DNA of 64,000 nucleotides from Penicillus capitatus (lineage: Eukaryota; Plantae; Chlorophyta). Shown in pieces: positions 1 to 11,983 of this stretch. Below the pieces are notes generated by a model. The model was given only the letters and a program-made list of their open reading frames with translations, searched no databases and was not told where the DNA came from. Each line of letters opens with the position of its first letter. Positions within the stretch are counted from its first letter, which is position 1. The stretch is from positions 310,001 to 374,000 of the forward strand of contig OZ287703.1 of the NCBI GenBank assembly GCA_965649825.1. Reading direction: 5' to 3'. The position numbers were made by a program, and so were the translations under genes.

Positions 1-557
1 CAAGACGGCTACAAATGGTTGTGTACCTGATGACGGACAGTGCCCATTTCCATATCCTCACAGGCTGTATCTTTGACAGGGAGTTGCATTTGCGGCTCGT
101 GCTTCGTGAGCTCTTCCTTTAGAGAAGGATGGTGGCCATGGTCGCAGAAAAAGTGGACCATGGCATTTAGAATGGCTGTGAGACTGATGCCAGCGAAGAA
201 ACATAGTGTGGCATATCTCATGGCCTCGTTGTCGCTGTATCCGTGGTCTGTAAAATCGTCGACCGACTTGATAAGGAAGATCTCGCCGAAGGACACGTAT
301 CTAGCGATTGGCCTCCGTCAAGGCGGACGAGCACAAAGAGAGGTACGCGTACATCATGACGCCGGCAGAAGATCCGAGAGCGACAGCGAGGACACGTTTG
401 TCTGCCAGTCTCGTGCAAAACGTCAACGAGGCACCGATGAGGGTGGAGAATCCCGCGGCGATGACCAGTCCAAACGCCAACGCCACGTCCGAGCCAGTCT
501 CGAGACCCTATACATACACCGACTCCCAATTTTCCGAAGCGTCTCTCACAGTACCAT
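1..557 (-). CDS. ZIP/ZupT-family metal transporter, paralog B (3' part runs off the window)
   Basis: ATG-only first coding exon (555-557), then GT-AG intron, then GLETGSDVALAFGLVIAAGFSTLIGAS...GSSAGVM|IYVSFGEIF...YATLCFFAG. Closely similar to paralog A. Confidence 0.9.
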
Positions 558-1802
558 CTTTTTTTGTGTAAGCAACAGAGGCAGAACGTTTCGCGGGAAA
601 GCAGCAGTGAACAGTTTCGACCGGAAACGCCAACAGCAGAGAACAGCAATGAATGGAGGACCGTCCAAGTGGTGGTGGTAGTGGCGAGATCTTAATGTTG
701 CGGCAATGTGCGTGTGCCGGACACGCGCTTACAGCTGGACCGCATCAGAACCGTGCGTGCGACAGGCGCGTGTCGCGCATCGATGCACCCGCTTACCTGA
801 CCGTGCTCTGAACAGGACAGATGCTCAAAATCATGACAAAAGCTAAAGACGACGTCAGTCACACCCACACGCCTTTACACTTCAGAGATTCGCATCGCCG
901 ACGGGCGTCAAAACGAAGCGCATTCGACGTGTTAATGTCCTGGAGGGTATTTGACTCATGCTCGAGCAAGCAATGAAGATAAAGTACCTAAGGTCTCCGT
1001 CATTCGTCGGCCTTCTATTCGTCGCCGAATGCAATTCTCATTTGCGAAGCTTGACGACGGATTGCCCTTTCGACACTGTCCAACGGCTGGACCTAGGTGA
1101 AACCGCTGCACCATGCCGTTTGTCGAGATATCGAACGCAAGGGGTTGACGCACTGTTCGTTATTCGATGGTCTTTTCCTGGTGCCGTCGTCTATCCTTCA
1201 CTCTTGTGCATATTCGGACGATGCCCACCATGTCCATTTTCTATCAGATCCTGCTTTACAGTGGCAATGGCAAGGTGAAAGAGCAAGAGGCTGCCCGTTC
1301 AATCGCATAACATAAAAAAGACATCCATGGTGGGATCGTCAGAAACGACACCTGTCGTGTCCCTGTGTCCCATCGAACGTTGCGATAGTAGAATGATGCA
1401 GTTATGCACGTTGCTGCAAGAGCCATTTCTTAAACGCCAACCGAAAAGGGACAAAACTCGAGAATCTTACGAATCGCTGCAACGTTTTTGTTTCTCGAAT
1501 ATGTCAAACGAATGAATCCGTCACATCAATAACCTTGCACATGTCTGCGTGCCATCCGCCTTGTTTTCGAAGGAGATAGCACGACATAGTATCCAGAAGG
1601 TCTTGTCAAAGGAAATGAATGTCTGCGATTATGGCTTCGTTCTAACATCATCGTCGGCTCTGAGCACACCAGACAGATATAAGTTATTCATCATGGCATT
1701 TGATGGACTCCTTATGCAACGCCATTCGTTACTCTCGATATCCCGCCAGCAACAGCGATTCTCATGACTATGGCTGACAAGAGCATGCAGAAGTAAACAT
1801 CG

Positions 1803-2920
1803 CTACAAGCTGAAAAGCAGCAAAGAGGCAGCCATGACTGCCATACCGATAAAAACGCTGGCCGTTACGTACTGATCGTTTGCATCAAATTTCAAGGCCG
1901 TTGGAATGAGTTCCCGAATCGAAATGTAGACCATCATGCCTGCCACGACAGCAAACATGATGGCGTATGCCAAGTCTCCCATGTTCGAGAGCACCAGCCA
2001 TCCAAAGATGGCACCAATTGGCTCAGATACTCCCGAAAGGAATGCCCAAAAGAATCCCTTCATGCGCGATTTGGTGGCATAGTATACTGGCATCGCCACG
2101 ACGATGCCTTCTGGAACGTTGTGCAGTGCAATGGCAACGGCGATGGCGATTCCGGCAGTGGGATCTGCCAACGTTCCGACAAAGGTGGCAAGACCTTCTG
2201 GAAAGTTGTGCAGCGCAATGGCCAAGCCACTCATCAGTCCCACACGTTGTAGATGCTGCTTCTGGACATTGCGTTCTTCCGACATGCTTGCGGCATTTCC
2301 TGCACCGTTGTGACCGTTTTCGCAGGCCTACAGCCACATATGGGTGGATGCTTCATATCCGACCGTCATCATACTACAGGCTGCCTACCTGATTCGCATT
2401 TCTGCCATTTTCGATGTCGTCACTCGACGTGCCTTCATCAGGTTGCATCTGTGCATCGGATTTTGCTTGCATCGTTGCTCCGTCCGGCAGAGGCTGATCG
2501 AGTTTGCAAATGAAATGGACAACGCCATTGAGAAGAGCCGTGATGATGATACCGGCAAAGAAACAGAGTGTTGCATATCTCATGGCTTCATCGTCATCGT
2601 AACCTTCGTCGGTAAAACCCTCAACCGACTTCACAAGAAAGATCTCTCCAAACGACACGTATCTGAACAGAATGATCGCGCTTGTCCGATAGACGCTTAT
2701 GCAGAATGGGGTATGACAGCATAACGCCTGCAGAGGCTCCCAGTGCGATAGCGAGTGTGCGTACATTGGCGATGTTTGTGCAGAAGGCGATACATGCACC
2801 GACGGTTGTCGAAAGCCCAGCCGCTATCACTAATCCAAAAGCCAAAGCGACGTCTGACCCAGTTTCAACTCCCTGAGACAACGAACGTCGTTTCTGACGA
2901 CGGAGAATCGACGGTACCAT
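1803..2920 (-). CDS. ZIP/ZupT-family metal transporter, paralog A (ZTP29-like)
   Basis: ZIP signatures IALHNFPEG and IALHNVPEG, SGVSEPIGA, AGMMVYISIRELIP. Same ATG-only first exon (2918-2920) and second intron position as paralog B. Ends in TAG at 1803-1805. Confidence 0.93.
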
Positions 2921-3093
2921 TTGACGTAGATATGTATGGATGACTGACTGGCGGAGTCTTTCGGCGTAGGAACGGCTGGAATCTACCAGACCGCAAAAAA
3001 CGCGAAGGACTCTGGAAAGGGAAATGGAAAAACGAGCGAAGAGGTGGTGGCAGATTTCAAAGCATTCGAGATCCATCTGATGATGACGAAAAG

Positions 3094-3175
3094 CGCTGAG
3101 GGCAGGGTTCGAACCTGCGCGGGCAGAGCCCAACAGATTTCGAATCTGTCTCCTTAACCACTCGGACACCTCAGC
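3094..3175 (-). tRNA. tRNA-Ser(CGA): tRNA-Ser, anticodon CGA, long variable arm, no intron
   Basis: Reverse complement GCTGAGG...CCGAGTGGTTAAGG (D arm), ACAGA-TTCGAAA-TCTGT (anticodon arm), GGGCTCTGCCC (variable arm), GCAGGTTCGAACCCTGC (T arm), CCTCAGCG. Followed by a TTTT Pol III terminator. Confidence 0.97.
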
Positions 3176-3372
3176 TGCGATGAACGCAAAGGCGTTTTTG
3201 GTTTTTTGGATGCGGGTGGCAACGGTGACGTGGACTGGCGACGTCTGCCAGACACGTCAGTCACATCACGTCACGTCGCCCACTCGTTTCGATGACGCAT
3301 GGCGGCGCCCATCTCGCATTTCATGGTCCTCTGGACTGTCCGGCACAGCCTGTGTACATAAGAGTGCGATGT

Positions 3373-5072
3373 TTATTCGCGGTTCTCACACTTGGGGCAG
3401 TCACACACAAATCCATAGTCACGCAGGGCATCGATCCTCTCTTCATAGCACATTGCCTCGTCAATGTACGAAATGGTGATCTCTTCTCCTTTCTCGATAT
3501 CTCTGCTTGCTACGAGAACGAGTTTGTGATCGAGATGTTCTCCCTCGTTTCGAATCTGGCACGCATTTGGGCAACAGGAGTGATTCGCACAACAGGCGAC
3601 GCCGTAGTAAGCAGAGCCCTGTCAAATCACGATCTCTCGGCTTTACTGAATAAACAGCTTGTTCAAGTAACATACTTCTGCGCTGTGTTGGGCAGCATCG
3701 ATGAGTGTGTCTTTGAGAGCGGGATATTGTTCCCAGAGCGACTGGACAACATAGTCCTCTTCCTGGTTCAATTGATCAATGTATGATTCCAGAGGAGATG
3801 GAATGGAAACAACAATGTTGTTCTGCTCGATCAGACCCATCAAAGATCCCAAAACCTAAAAGGAGACAGAAACTGTCGAATAGACGCTTCAGGTGTCCTC
3901 ACTTCGGCACTGAATAACTGATCGAAGGGCTCGGCTGAGATTGCTTTCTGTAATAGCGTAGACGCTTCGGCGATTAGGGATCTGAATAAATATGCTGCCT
4001 GGCATCTGGATTCTTAGCCAGTATGCGCCTACTGGATTTCTGTTTTGAAGACATGATCGTCGCTATATTCTGGAGGTGTTGGTAAGCTGTGCCACCATAG
4101 TGGTCTCCATGCATGCCAGAACGGACCCCATGCGTCCTGCGAGCACATTCACCGAGGATTCCAATCGTGGTTGTTACCCTCAGACACTCGACAAGATCTT
4201 TGCCAGGCATCGTCTGAGCCTTCTTGCGAGCTTCGTTCAGGCAGAGACACGAAGCTTGTGCTGCAAGATAGAGACTGGGATTCGTTTCCAGACAGAACGC
4301 CTCAAATCTCGCAAGCATTTCGGGATCGACCTTGACTTCGCGTCTAGACTGCAGGTATCCTTTTGCCGTTGTGGACATTCCGACGGAGCACCTGCGATCC
4401 GGTGACACCCGTGTGCAGAGGTATTGGTGATAGGTACCCCCAGCAGCCTCTCTGCATTCTGCACTGCAGTAAACAGCTCCACACGCACAATACTCAACGC
4501 CTTATAGGGCATCGATGGCATGACCCGTTATTACAATGCATCCCTCACGCTTTTGTGCCGTGTCATACTGTGGAAGGTTCACGTTGCCAGATTCAAAGAG
4601 ATCCAGCAAAGCACACTCGTCATTGGTTCGTGATTCTTTGTTGAGTAAATACCAGTGAAGTTGATCTTCTAATGTCCCTTCGTTAAAACAGAGATTTCGG
4701 TATGGATCGATATGTGAACACAGCCTGCCTGCATGCCTAAGGCAGTGGGCGCATACCAAAGCTTCGGTTTTGTTTTCGGTGTCCTGTAGAGAGATGATAG
4801 GCGTTTCCGTCAAAATGATCTCTCCTTCAGAAATGCAGGTTTCGGCAAAAAGGCCTCGACCTTTCTTCGGAGTTCGATGCTGAAGGACAGCGACTTTTCC
4901 TCCGACCCCTTTACATAACTGAAGGAAACAGTCGGGCGAGATCAAACGCGGCAATAGATAAGAACACGTTTTGGTAGTGAACGGCGTCTTCGTCTGCTGT
5001 AGGAGAATCGAGAAGGATAGAAACTGTGTCGTCATTGCTGTTCGGAATGTGACTACTACTGGCTGTCGACAT
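3373..5072 (-). CDS. SET-domain lysine methyltransferase, ATXR2/SMYD5-like (multi-exon)
   Basis: SET-N KGRGLFAE, Cys knuckle VCAHC, CANHSCCPNA, GEEITISYIDE, post-SET YGFVCDCPKC, TAA at 3373-3375. Start codon approximate. Confidence 0.85.
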
Positions 5073-5261
5073 AAGTGAGAGACGACACGTCAGTTGGGCA
5101 AAGTGCGTTCGTTCGCGTTGTCCAATCATACGATCACGTTTCGCATACTCAATCTCTGCCTCCTTTCGCTACTGCTTTTCACCGACGTCCCTGTTGTTTG
5201 TCATCCTCTCTCCTGTGCACTTCGAACGTTTCTTTTCCTTCTTGTGCTTTTTTCTGTCTTA

Positions 5262-8200
5262 ATGAAGTGGCTCTCTTTGTTATGTCTGCTACTCACCAGC
5301 TTCCTTTTCTTACGCTGCGTGTTCTGTCAGCGCACAAGTACGAATGCGGAGCTTTCGTTTGGATGCGATGCTTTGATCTAGGTGTTTGCGACACTTACGT
5401 CAAAAGAAACACGGTGACCGTGAATGACCAGATAGTGGAAGATATCGAAGCTTCTCGCGCGTCTTTTCAAGACGTTGTGGATTGTCTGGAACGAGGCGGC
5501 ATTATTCAGTTCGCAACCGCGACGTTTTCAGTCGATGAGACGATTCGCCTCGAAAAAGATATCGCTATTACATCGACTCATCGCAGAAAGACATCTTTTG
5601 CCTGCAACCAACAACCCGTTTTTGATATCAGGTCGACCCGCTGTCGTGACATAAGGTCGTGACGTCATCGTGCGTGTGTTTAGGGGGAGAGCAACAGTTG
5701 ACATCTCAGAGATTCGTATCAGAGAATGCGAACTGCAAAGCGCTGACGCTCCGATCATCATTGACTCGGGATCGACTGTCATTTTTCGATCCACAGAATT
5801 TTTCCGGAATAAAAACGACGAAGGATCCAGTGGCATTCGGGCTCTGGACGAATCAAGCATCATTATTGAAGATTGTGAGTTCTTGGAGAATCAGGGAGTA
5901 TCGGGGACAGTAGTCCTCGAGAATGCAAGTAGCCTCACTGTTTCTGGATCAAATTTCACGGGCAACAACGCCACAAGCACGGAAAATGGAGGCGGCGTCT
6001 TCTCTATTCAGGTGTGTTCGTACACGATGCCGGCTCTGTTGTGGATGTGTGATGTGGATGTAGAGTGAGGGTGTGTCGACGACAGTCGTTGTTAAGAATG
6101 CAAGCACGTTCATTAAGAACGAGGCCGTGGGAGATGGAGGCGCCTTTTATGTTTCTGGCGAGGATGGCATTGCTTTCACTATCGAAGACACGGTTCTCAG
6201 AGAGAACGTGGCAGGAAGGCGCGGAGGCGCCGTTTTCATATCCACGGGCGGCAATCTGATCGTCAGGGATGCATTCTTCGTCGAGAACGAATCGAATCGT
6301 ATTGGTGGCGGCGCTATCTTTGCAAAGGTCCGTTCCCTTCATCACCTCATCTCTATTCAGTAAAGCGTATTCGGATGGCAGGATGCAGAAGGGGATGAAC
6401 CGCTAGACATCAAGATTTCAAGCACGACTTTTGCCCAGAACGAGGCCAAAGGTTACCTTGGCTCTGGTGGCGGCATGCGCCTTCAAGGGAAAAGCGTCAA
6501 CTGCACAATCACCGATTCCGTCTCTTTCGCCCTCAACACAGCGGATCTCGACGGTGGAGGCATGCATATCTCCAATCAAGCAACAGCAGAGATCAGTGGG
6601 GCTTCGTTCGTCGGCAACGAAGCTTCCAACGGCGGTGGTGCTGCCCTGTTTATTCTGGTAGGGTTCTTTCTCATAAAGAGTGTTTCATTGAGACCTTGCT
6701 GATGATGTGACAGTCATCACAACAGAACCGGGCACTTACCGTGGATGTCGTTATCACGGATACGGCATTTCTGTTCAACCAAGCATTGTATACTGACCGA
6801 GGAGGGGGATGCATCGGTGTTGCAGGTTTTGGATCAAATGTGACAGTTACTGACTGCATTTTCAGTGACAATGATGGTGGGATGGGAGCTGGAGGAGCAA
6901 TCTATGTCTTTGGCGGGCCCGTCGTCAAAATCATGAGATCCGCATTTGAGAGGAACAAAGCCGAATGGGGAGGGGCGTTGTATGCTGAGGTAGACAACAG
7001 TACATCCACCGTCTCAATGATTTGCATGTGCTCTAGAACGATGCCCTATACGAAATAAAATCGTCTACGTTCGTGGAGAATGTGGCAGGTGAAGGAGGCG
7101 CCATTCACACACGAGGAGACGTAGACGTCGCCATAGACAACTGCAAATTCGAAGAGAACAAAGCCATGATTGAAGGGGGAGCTGTCAAGGTGCGGAACTA
7201 TGCATCGGCGGAAAACGAGCTGGCACGTTTCCGAATAAGGAATAGCACCATCGTGGACAATGAGGCTGGAATCAACCTGTCCGAAGAAAGACTTTTCGGA
7301 ACGGAGACGCAGGGAGGAGGAATCCTAGCAGAAGGCAGTGGAGTCGAACTAGAACTGGAGAACAACATGTTCAATCGCAATGTGGCCTCTAATGGAGGTG
7401 CTTTAAGCATATTTGCCGTTGCTGACTGCCGTATCAACAAAGACAACAAGTAACATATGGACTGAATCTTTGGAAGCACAAGAGCGGTGTGCAGGTTCGA
7501 GGGCAACAACGCAACATTCGGCGCGGGCATTCGCTTGGTCGTTGATGAGCAAGTCAAACCCGGGAGGGATATATATCGCATTGCTAACGCTGTTTTTCGA
7601 GGAAACCGTGTCGAGTTCGAAGGAGGGGCTATTTATGTCTCAAGCACTCGTGCTGAATTCAACTCAGTGTCTTTAAATGTCGAGGCGTTTCTTTTACAAG
7701 TCGAGAACAGCATGTTTGAGAATAACGAGTGCGTCCATCTATTAAACTCTATCTTCACAAACCTAGTGTACTGACAGAGCGAGACGTGGCGGAGGGGCGT
7801 TATCGGCAATTGGTTCTGCTGCCAGGATTCATGGATGTGTATTCAAATCGAATACAGCAGTGGCGAATTCAGCAAGACAATCGACTCAGTTTTTTGGCTA
7901 TGGAGGAGCCATGAACATTCAGACCGGTTCTTCGATCGAGTGCAAAAACTCAACTTTCGTATCCAACAAAGCGAATGTTGGCGGGGCGGCGTGCGTCCGA
8001 GATGCTTCCCTCTTTGTGATAAACACTAATTTCACCCAGAACGCAGTTCTTCCCAGAGGAGTTGGCGGCGCTGTGGCAGTAGAAATCTCCAGAGGAAAAG
8101 GCAGCCCAGTCCTTGGCAGCTCCTATAAACTACGCAACATTGTCTTCCAATGTCAATTCTGCAATTTTAAAAAGAATAACGGTTCACTTGCTGGAGGTCT

Positions 8201-11062
8201 GTTCGATCATACCTACATCGATGTCTGATGATGGCTATTTGGACATCTAGGTGCAATGCATGTCCATGATATGGATCCTGGTGGGACCTATGGAGAGGAC
8301 AACGAGTTGAAGATCGATGGCTGTACCGAGAAGAATCAGAATACATATTGGACTCCAAAAAATGAGTTGAGATGTTCAACTTACCTCAGTTATCTCAAAA
8401 GAGTAAATGATCGATCCATTCGTTTGAGAAACACGACCTTCACAGCAAACAGAGCAAGAGCAGGCGGCGCCATCTTCACAAACAATCTCACGATGATCAG
8501 CATTCTTCCAGATCTGCAGTATGATGCAAACAAAGACATAGACAAGTCGCTGGGATACGCCTTGACAAAGAATACTTCTCAACTCGAAAGCTCATCTGTG
8601 TTTTTCGAGAAGAATGTCGCCGTCAATAATGGATATGGTGATGACGCTGCATCAACTCCGTTTGTGGCGTTTCTTCTCGAGCTGGACGATGAAGAGCACC
8701 TCAAAAGAGACAATATCACAAAAAGCTTGTTCCTCAGTGGAGATCGTCTTCAGTTCAATGTCGAATTCGAAGATGGGCTTGAGCAACTCGTTACATATGC
8801 TGGTCTCTTAACAGCACACATCAATTGTGATGAAGATGAAATGAAGAAACGAGGATCTGGCTGCGATCAGCTAGAGATTACTGGACAGGAAATAGCTCAG
8901 GTGAATGAGGACGGAACAATGAGTTTCACCGATATCAGATTGAGAGGTCTTAAGGATCAAACATACATTCTTCGTGTTGACTACAGTGCAGTACCAGAGC
9001 TGCAGACACTGGACGTCAAGCCATCTTTTATCGTTGTGACGATGAGGCCGTGCATGGTTGGCGAGACCACTGTTGTCAGAGACGATCCGTATCTGGCGTG
9101 CCAAGAATGCAGCAGTTCTACGTACAACCTCGACCCCGACGGGACAGAATGCAAACCCTGTCCAGAGAATGCTCGCTGCGAGTCGCGAGTGATTATTCCA
9201 GACGATGGGTATTGGCACGCCTCTCCTTGCTCTGAGCGCATTCAAGGGTGCCTGACTTCCCACGCATGCGCATTTGAACATCGTTCTGAGAATCTAAGGA
9301 ACATAACGGAAAGCATGATCAGCTGCGATGTTGACAGTGCCAAGATTGACGAGTATCAGCAGGCTCAGTGCGGCAAGGCAAGTGATTCGCAAAGCCATGC
9401 AGCACAAAGAGCATTTACCTTTCATCTAGGGTCACACTGGTCCACTCTGCGGCTCCTGTCAGAGCGATTACGGAACATCGTTGTCTTCTAAATGCACCAA
9501 GTGTCCGTCACCCGTCGGCAACATCGCCATCATCAGTGTTTCAGTTTTGGTTTTGATAGTCTTGTCGGGCATCACAATAAGAGGAATGCTGGGTATCACG
9601 ACCAAAAGATCGGCAATGCTTGGAGGCCGAGGAAGGTTTCTCCGATCCATTCATCAATTTGATTCGCATTCCTCGAACAGCGAGGAAGCAAAGGAAACGC
9701 AAGAGTTCAACAAAAGGAGCAATGATAGTACAGAGGACAGAAGAATTGAAGGTCTGCCGACCACGGAGACAAATCTTGCACGTTGGAAGGCGGTTGAGAT
9801 GCTGAAGGTAATGCACCAGTCACTCAAATACTGAACTCAGTTTATGAATCGACAGATTTCTTTGAGTTACATTCAAGTGACTGTTCTGATTGCATCCTTA
9901 AACGTCGGTTGGCCTCTCTTCTTTGTCATCATTGCCGAGGCAGCAGGTCAAAAGGCATTCCGATCAGGGTCAGATGCTAACGACGTTGCGTTTAGAGTTC
10001 ATCGGAGGACTTGCATCGGAGAGTGTTCGACGTTCCGTTGTGTGTCTGAGCACCGAAGACAGCTTCCTGCATCCAACGGCATCGGCATTCATCGTTGTCG
10101 TCTGCGTCATACCATGCATCGCCTTCCTTCTGCTTGCTTTCTTCTGGACGACCCTCGCGCTCTTCTACTGCATAGAGAGGCCAGTCCAATACCTTGCAAA
10201 GAGACTGCTGCTGTCCGTTATGGTTCTTTGGTACATCAGCGCAGTTGCAGTGATCAAGACAACTCTCAGCATGGGACTCTGCGTCAGCGTCTATAATATC
10301 GTCCCCGCTGCGAGTAATGTAGAGAAGATCAGCTACTGGGCCGTGGACACTGGTCTGCAATGCTTTCGAGGAGACCATCTGACACTGGTCATCCTGATTC
10401 TCGCGTTCGTGGTCATCGTGTATGCAGGCCTGTTGGGTTTCTTTATCTGGGCGCTGAGGTTTTCCAAAAACAGCCGCGCTGATACAACCAGCTGGGTCTA
10501 TGAAACCACTGGATTCCTCTATCGCAGCTACCGACTTGGAAGCTGTCAGTACTGGGAGGTCGTGGTTTTGATTCGAAAGGCCACGATTGCCTTTCTCGTC
10601 TTCTGCGCGCATCGTTTCAACGGTCATCTGCCGATCGCTGGACTGGCTGCCTTTATTTCCTTGGCCATGGGAATGCAGATCGTTGTTATGCCATACCGGC
10701 GAAGATTCGACGACCTAAACTCGATGGATAGCGCTTCCCTTTTCGTGTCCCTTTTGACGACACTGGCAGCTTCGGCATTAAGAAGCGAAGGATTTGAAGA
10801 TGAAGTGTGGGGTCGCACTGTCATCACTGTCGCATGTGTTGTGCTCAATGCTCTCACGTTCGCTGTGCTATTGTTGTCTCTGCTCACCCACTTTGTCGAC
10901 TATCTGAAGCTTCGTCTGAGCGAGGAGGGAAGACCGGTCGACCTCGGTGCCGGGGTATTGCAGGTCATCAAAGTGTGGTTAAGTATTGAGCTTCAACAGT
11001 TGTTTTGTTTTGTCGGCCTGGACAATCCCGACGACGCATCAAATCTATCAGATGGTATATGA
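5262..11062 (+). CDS. Giant secreted-ectodomain multipass protein: signal peptide, PMP-like GGA/FxxN beta-helix repeats, Ig-like segment, Cys-rich region, about 8-9 TM helices (receptor 1)
   Basis: Signal peptide MKWLSLLCLLLTSFLFLRCVFC. Many FxxN...GGA(I/V/L) repeats. CQECSSSTY..CKPCPENARC, WHASPCS, CGKGHTGPLCGSC. TM region with GFLYRSY..YWEVVVLIRK. I placed 12 short introns that keep the frame open. TGTAA at 11124-11128. Confidence 0.88.
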
Positions 11063-11983
11063 CGGACTCTCTCTACAAGCAACTCGCTGTTTTTCCGAAT
11101 GTCAAATGGAGGATAGAGCTTATTGTAATTCTTGGACATGATGATAGCAGCCGACCGCGTAGAGAATGTGATGTAACTGTCATAGAAGATAGCTCGTCGC
11201 GGGCCGTATACACACAAAGTGCCATCTCCAGCAATTTTCTAAAGCCCTTGATATGAAGTTGACTATCCAGGCAATCGGCCTTCCCACATTATTATGATCT
11301 GACAGTAAAATCTAGAGAGCGTGAACTGAGGATCTGCGAAAGTGTTTTCAAAGGCGTTTTGAGTGAGAAATTGGCAAACAGAGAATTTAATGGCGTAGAA
11401 ATGTTGGGGATTTCTGCTATGGAGAGCGCATCCTCATTCAAGTTCTCCGGGGTCGTTCAGTCTGTCTGTGTCGGAGGACGGAAATGTCGACTGCAATACC
11501 ATCGACTCCACAACATCGGCAACGGAAATGTAGACCATCCGAGGCACGAGCGCGACACTGTTAGTGCAGAAGTGGTTGGGGCATAAGGGAACAGGTCAAC
11601 TGGAGACGAATGCGTCCGCTCCAGTTGAACGATGACGCGCGTGTCGGATCTGAGGAAATGCAGTCGTCGATCGAACGGAACTAAAGACGTCTTAAATAAG
11701 TGTGGTGGTACCAAGAGAGTTCATAACACCTGTCTCGATCTATGCCAATCGTGCATGGGTCAAGGTTCAGTCCCCGGGGAAAGACCGTCACATCGATAAT
11801 ACCACGATTGCTGCGCGACAGGGAAATGCTCATTCGGCAAATCTCAATAGGCTAATTAGAAACACTTCTTCGGTCTACTTTCCAAAATGACAACAAAAAA
11901 TGAGACGTTAGAAAGGATTGACTTTTACTGACCTGAAATAGATGTATCAGGTTGATTAGAAACGTAAAGACACTAGATGGATT

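Noticed and set aside
700-1800. Short ORFs between the two ZIP genes
   Set aside because: No motifs or consistent splice model. Best read as the paralog A 3' UTR plus the paralog B promoter.
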